Shown: one piece after another, positions 59,985 through 64,000 of the stretch | How positions within the stretch are numbered: position 1 is the first letter of the stretch | Layout: every line of letters starts with the position of its first letter | Source of the DNA: Rhizodiscina lignyota | Taxonomy: Eukaryota | Length of the DNA: 64,000 nucleotides | Direction: 5' to 3' | Assembly (NCBI GenBank): GCA_010015805.1 | Contig: ML978129.1 | Span: 1,054,001-1,118,000 of the forward strand | Position numbers and translations under genes: made by a program | Notes under the pieces: generated by a model | The model's input: only the letters and a program-made list of their open reading frames with translations | What the model was told of the DNA's origin: nothing | Database searches by the model: none

Positions 59985-60573
59985 GGTAAGAGATTTTTTG
60001 TGCGATGGCGACAGCTCGCGAGCTTTTCTGAAGAGCAGTTAATCGCAGTGTTCTTCAAGTGTCTTAACATCACAAATGCAGACTCAGGGGTGGGCTGAAA
60101 GATATAGCATTCCGTCGCTGCGGCTAGTTTGGAACACAAGCTCGGCCATGATAAAAGCAGCGGGGCCTTCCATGCGGGGTGGGTAATCTTCAGCTACGGT
60201 CCAGGACGGAGTAGATTTCTTGGAAAGAGACGAGGTCGGCGACCTGGCAATCCACGCCTTTCCGGCTTATGATTAGTCTCAAACTGGCTCTTTCACTCCC
60301 TATGTTTTATCTGATAGTTGATCAAGCCTGTCTCTTCAAATCTGTCTCAGTTGCAAGGAAACATGAACAAGATGACATATTCAGAACCACTCATGAATTT
60401 CTTGATACCCTCCTCCGTAGCCAAATCTCTAATAAAAAGTCATATATGTAGTCTTACCTTTCATGACTAGGAGTGGGAATGCCCAAACGACCTGACCTGT
60501 AACTGCCAACGCGGCCGTAAGCATCGTTCATGTCATGTTCCTTTCTCTCCTGCAAAAGTGGTCGAGCCAATTT

Positions 60574-62196
60574 CTAGAAATGGGTCGGCTCTCCGTCCCT
60601 TTCCAATACGTCCAACCATGTCTTTACCTTGTTCAGCGAGAGCTCGCTCTCACAGTGGGCAACTGCAGCTTCGAATCCTGCCTTTGTTTGCTCGATCTTA
60701 TACGCTTCGATCCAAGCTGGCTCGAGCTGCTCCATTTCCGCAAGCCAGAGTTTCCTTAGCTGCGTTTCTTCGTAATGCCTCAAGTGCTCCCAGTACAATG
60801 TCGTCACTTCGACGCGCTCACAATGTGCGTATGTCTCCTCATCTGGCTTGTCCGCTCGATCAACATCATTGATGAATTTTGGAATCCGCACCGCGGCCCA
60901 ATATGGAACTGCTGAGCTGAATTCCCAGTCAATGACGGCTTTGAGATTTCCTTCGCCATCGACAAGGATGTTAGCTGCGCTGAGGTCGCTGTGAACAACA
61001 ACAGTACAGACAGAAACTTGGTCATTCGGGAAGACCATGGGCAAATTCAGGCGAAGTCTTTCAATGGCATGCAATATCTTGTTCCCGAGCTTCAAGTCTG
61101 GGTCGTCTTCTTCTTCCGCCATCCATCTTCGTGTCTCGATCTCGCTCAGCTGTAGTCTCGCAAGAAGCCACTCTGAAATACGATTAAATGGCTCGCGATG
61201 TACCTCTTGGTGAATATTGCGGTGCCAGAAGAAGTGTCTGTCAACGGTCCTGCCCAGGAACAAAGCACTAGTCGACTGCTGGACTTTCGACGATACGGAG
61301 ATAACAGTCTGTGTGTCGATATCGCGCCTTGGCTCTTTCTTTGGGCATGCATTACCTCCATGATTGCCATTGTGCTCCTGCATGGTCCTTGATTCGCTTC
61401 TTTGGTTATCATTCCTTTTTCCGATGCTTAGCTTCCCATCAATAATGACAGTCTCGTCAAAGGTGAAGTCTCCTTCGATAGAAAGTTTTCCTTGAATGGC
61501 AGGGCCGCCATCGACAATGACCTTCCCGTCAATGGAGAGCATCCCATCAATAGTCCCCTTTTCGAATGTGGTCTTCCCTCGTATGGCCAGCGTTCCCCGT
61601 TCCGTAGTGTCCTGCACGATAGGTTCTATTTTTGTCACCACCTCATTCTGAGCCACTAACGTTGAATCTTCCGGAGCGGAGTCCCCGAGAAAGAGGCTGC
61701 CAATCGCATCGAATCTGACGGCGTAGAGTTGTGCGGCGTATAATGCTAATTGTTTCACCAACTTCTCTTTCGTACTCCACGGTATTGTCCACCACACGTC
61801 ATATAGCGGCTTTCCCGGTATGAATTCCATGAGTATCCACTCAAATCCAAGTTCGTTGTCGGCAGAGGCATCATACGCAACCACTCGTGGTACAGGACAT
61901 TTAGAGTTGCGCCGAGCGAATTCCATCGTAGCAATGCCGCTTAAGGTCTTGTGCTTCGGGTCGACTGGGAGAGCCACGCGCATCATGAAGGTTCCCTGAG
62001 CGCTTATAACCTTGTAAAGCTTGTTGAAGCCGCCTTCGCTGTACAACTCAACCTGACATTCCGACTCAGGCAGCGCAAGTGTGCGCCGGCAGATTGCTCG
62101 AATTGTCGAAATATCAGTTTCTTCTGACCAATTCGGCTCGTAATGCAAAAGTCCCTCTTCCCACACAAGGCCGCGCTGAGGTATGATTGTCGCCAT
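60574..62196 (-). CDS. Phosphotransferase (APH/choline kinase-like) family protein with an internal hexapeptide-repeat insert
   Basis: EGGFNKLY; PVPRV; GFEWILMEFIPG; HSDLSAANILV; IDWE. Confidence 0.88.
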   Translation of the reverse strand: MATIIPQRGLVWEEGLLHYEPNWSEETDISTIRAICRRTLALPESECQVELYSEGGFNKLYKVISAQGTFMMRVALPVDPKHKTLSGIATMEFARRNSKCPVPRVVAYDASADNELGFEWILMEFIPGKPLYDVWWTIPWSTKEKLVKQLALYAAQLYAVRFDAIGSLFLGDSAPEDSTLVAQNEVVTKIEPIVQDTTERGTLAIRGKTTFEKGTIDGMLSIDGKVIVDGGPAIQGKLSIEGDFTFDETVIIDGKLSIGKRNDNQRSESRTMQEHNGNHGGNACPKKEPRRDIDTQTVISVSSKVQQSTSALFLGRTVDRHFFWHRNIHQEVHREPFNRISEWLLARLQLSEIETRRWMAEEEDDPDLKLGNKILHAIERLRLNLPMVFPNDQVSVCTVVVHSDLSAANILVDGEGNLKAVIDWEFSSAVPYWAAVRIPKFINDVDRADKPDEETYAHCERVEVTTLYWEHLRHYEETQLRKLWLAEMEQLEPAWIEAYKIEQTKAGFEAAVAHCESELSLNKVKTWLDVLERDGEPTHF

Positions 62197-62582
62197 TTGA
62201 ATTTGGATGTCGGTGGAAGTGGAAGTGTGCGCAGGATATAGTGTCTGGGCGGATGTGGTTGTTTGTCGTACCCTGATTCAAGAGCAAAGCGCTAGAACCG
62301 TGCAACGTTGACAAGGAGAGGGAGGCACGGTCATCGGCGGCCTGGCGCTGCAAAGATCGTGTGCGACAGACTGATCAGGTTGTACTGGGTGAGCCAAGAT
62401 CTATGATAATTATAGAGCTAGAGGGAGGAGTATTTGAAGGGCCAGTATGTCCGCAGAAGGTCATTATTGCGCTTCATCGTGGATACCAACTCTCAAGCAT
62501 TGTCGACTCCGACTAAGACCTAATATCAAATATACAGCATTGAAGTCGTAGTATTCGAGAGCCTCAACTGACGCTCGACATC

Positions 62583-62977
62583 ATGGGCAGGAAACTGTTG
62601 AAGCTCCTACGGGAGTTCATCGACGAGATCCCCGATGACAAGTTACTTGGCCTCAGGATATATCCAGGCAATATCTACAAGAACCAGACGTTTCGCTTCG
62701 ATCTTGTCAATGTTAGTCAAATAGACATCGCCAGGCGTTCTGTCACTGGCCGTGAAGCTCATGCTGAACATGTTGTTAGATTATCTCTACCGTTCCGGCC
62801 ATCTACAATGTGCATATCCAGCTCAACAGCGGAGCTAAGATCCCAACGACAATGCATGCAGATGAGTTGGAGAAGAGCAACCCACTGTCGCAACTGTACA
62901 TCCCGGGTGACTTCTCTTTTACACCGGACATGATTCGCCTGATGCTGTACGCCACTAAGCTGCCATCACCTTTGTAG
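62583..62977 (+). CDS. Small hypothetical protein (108 aa, 2 exons)
   Basis: Exon 62583-62711, GTTAGT..CTGAA..TAG intron 62712-62779, exon 62780-62977 in frame (IISTVPAIYNVHIQLNSG...). Confidence 0.65.
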
Positions 62978-63311
62978 TACGCGGGTGTCGTGGGCAGAGA
63001 TCCCGGTTAGCAGAAAGCAATTGCTAGATTGTCAGCAGACGAGGGGTGGAGGAGGAATCATGAACATTTAAGGTTGTTGATCGATAACGATTGGATGACC
63101 CTGTAAGATGAATGTTGGATCGATTTCAGATAAGCTTTGGGCCATCTGTCGGAGCGAATATACGGCATTGACAGGCTTGGAACTTTTAATACAAGAATGA
63201 TGGAATGTAGGAGACAACTTGATTTTGATTCCTAGAAGAAAGCTCTTTTACCTAAGCTCGCCGGTATCCGAATTTGCCAGTGAAATGCATGTGATCACAA
63301 AGTGCACAGCT

Positions 63312-63986
63312 CTACCTCCTGATAGCACGCTGGTAGAAGGCAAGCTCTTCGCCCTCCAGGACATAACCATCGCAACGGCCGCTCTGTCCAGGCCTCGACG
63401 AGACCACCGCATATAGACGACCTGCCTCGAACTGTCTCTCAAGCGCGTTCTCAACCTTGCCGTGAGCCGTCATTCTCGCCGCCTGCTTCTTCTCGACGCT
63501 CTTGCTCTTCTTCGTCTCCTCAGTCGTCTCACCGGCCTTCTGCTGCCTCTTCCTGCCCAGGTTTGCGCCGTAGTGTGCCTCGTACCACTGCCTGAAGGGT
63601 GCCGCGTCGATCTGGACCACAGCGCTTCTCGTCAAGGTGTTTGTGCGCACGAGTTCGTTGTTGGAAGGATGGAAGACGACACCGATGACACGCGTCTTGC
63701 GGGAGACGCTCTCAGATCCCCATGAGAAGTTGCCGGAGTCGAGGCGAAGGGCACGGAACTTGCGGTTGCCGCCACGGGTGCGGACAAGATGGATGCGCTT
63801 TGCGCCGATACGAGTGTTGGCCGGCTGGCGACCTTTCTCGAAAGCTCTGTATCATGCCATGTCAGAACACGGCAAGGGCAGAAGCGATCGGGTTACGAGA
63901 TATGAGTGGGTGCATACCTCTTCTTGCGATAGTGAGCTCGCTTAGCACCAGAGGCGGACCTCTTATGGCGCGAGTCACGAGAGATA
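63312..63986 (-). CDS. RPS8: 40S ribosomal protein S8 (start codon lies beyond the window end)
   Basis: ISRDSRHKRSASGAKRAHYRKKR|AFEKGRQPANT...SSRPGQSGRCDGYVLEGEELAFY; intron at ~63847-63917; a further intron acceptor at 63987. Confidence 0.97.
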
Positions 63987-64000
63987 CTGTTAAATGTTAG

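Overview
Gene-dense eukaryotic DNA from a filamentous ascomycete (Pezizomycotina; short ~50-70 nt spliceosomal introns with CTAAC/CTGAC branch sites). About 37 protein-coding genes are present. Many are housekeeping genes: DAL3 (5' part), COG5, ECO1, a GatC-like subunit, an SPX phosphate transporter, COA6, DSC3, ISA1, FMP52, NRK1, EAF3, NKP2, DPH1, SNU66 and RPS8 (3' part). Accessory genes include a beta-carbonic anhydrase, a cellulose-synthase-like GT2, a P450, PGAP4-like and GT8 glycosyltransferases, a Pth11-like receptor and an APH-family kinase. No rRNA, tRNA, CRISPR array or intact transposon was recognised. Top leads: (1) an AUG-less, probably CUG-initiated 59-aa N-terminal extension of the SPX transporter carrying an acidic dileucine sorting motif; (2) a bactofilin-like hexapeptide repeat inserted in the APH kinase; (3) an ORF with tandem K/R-hydrophobic motifs starting in an unusually long EAF3 intron; (4) a nested degenerate repeat region (5 x 55 bp plus three longer units) downstream of EAF3. 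All family calls come from motif recognition by eye, not database searches, and exon boundaries are inferred from splice signals and reading frame.
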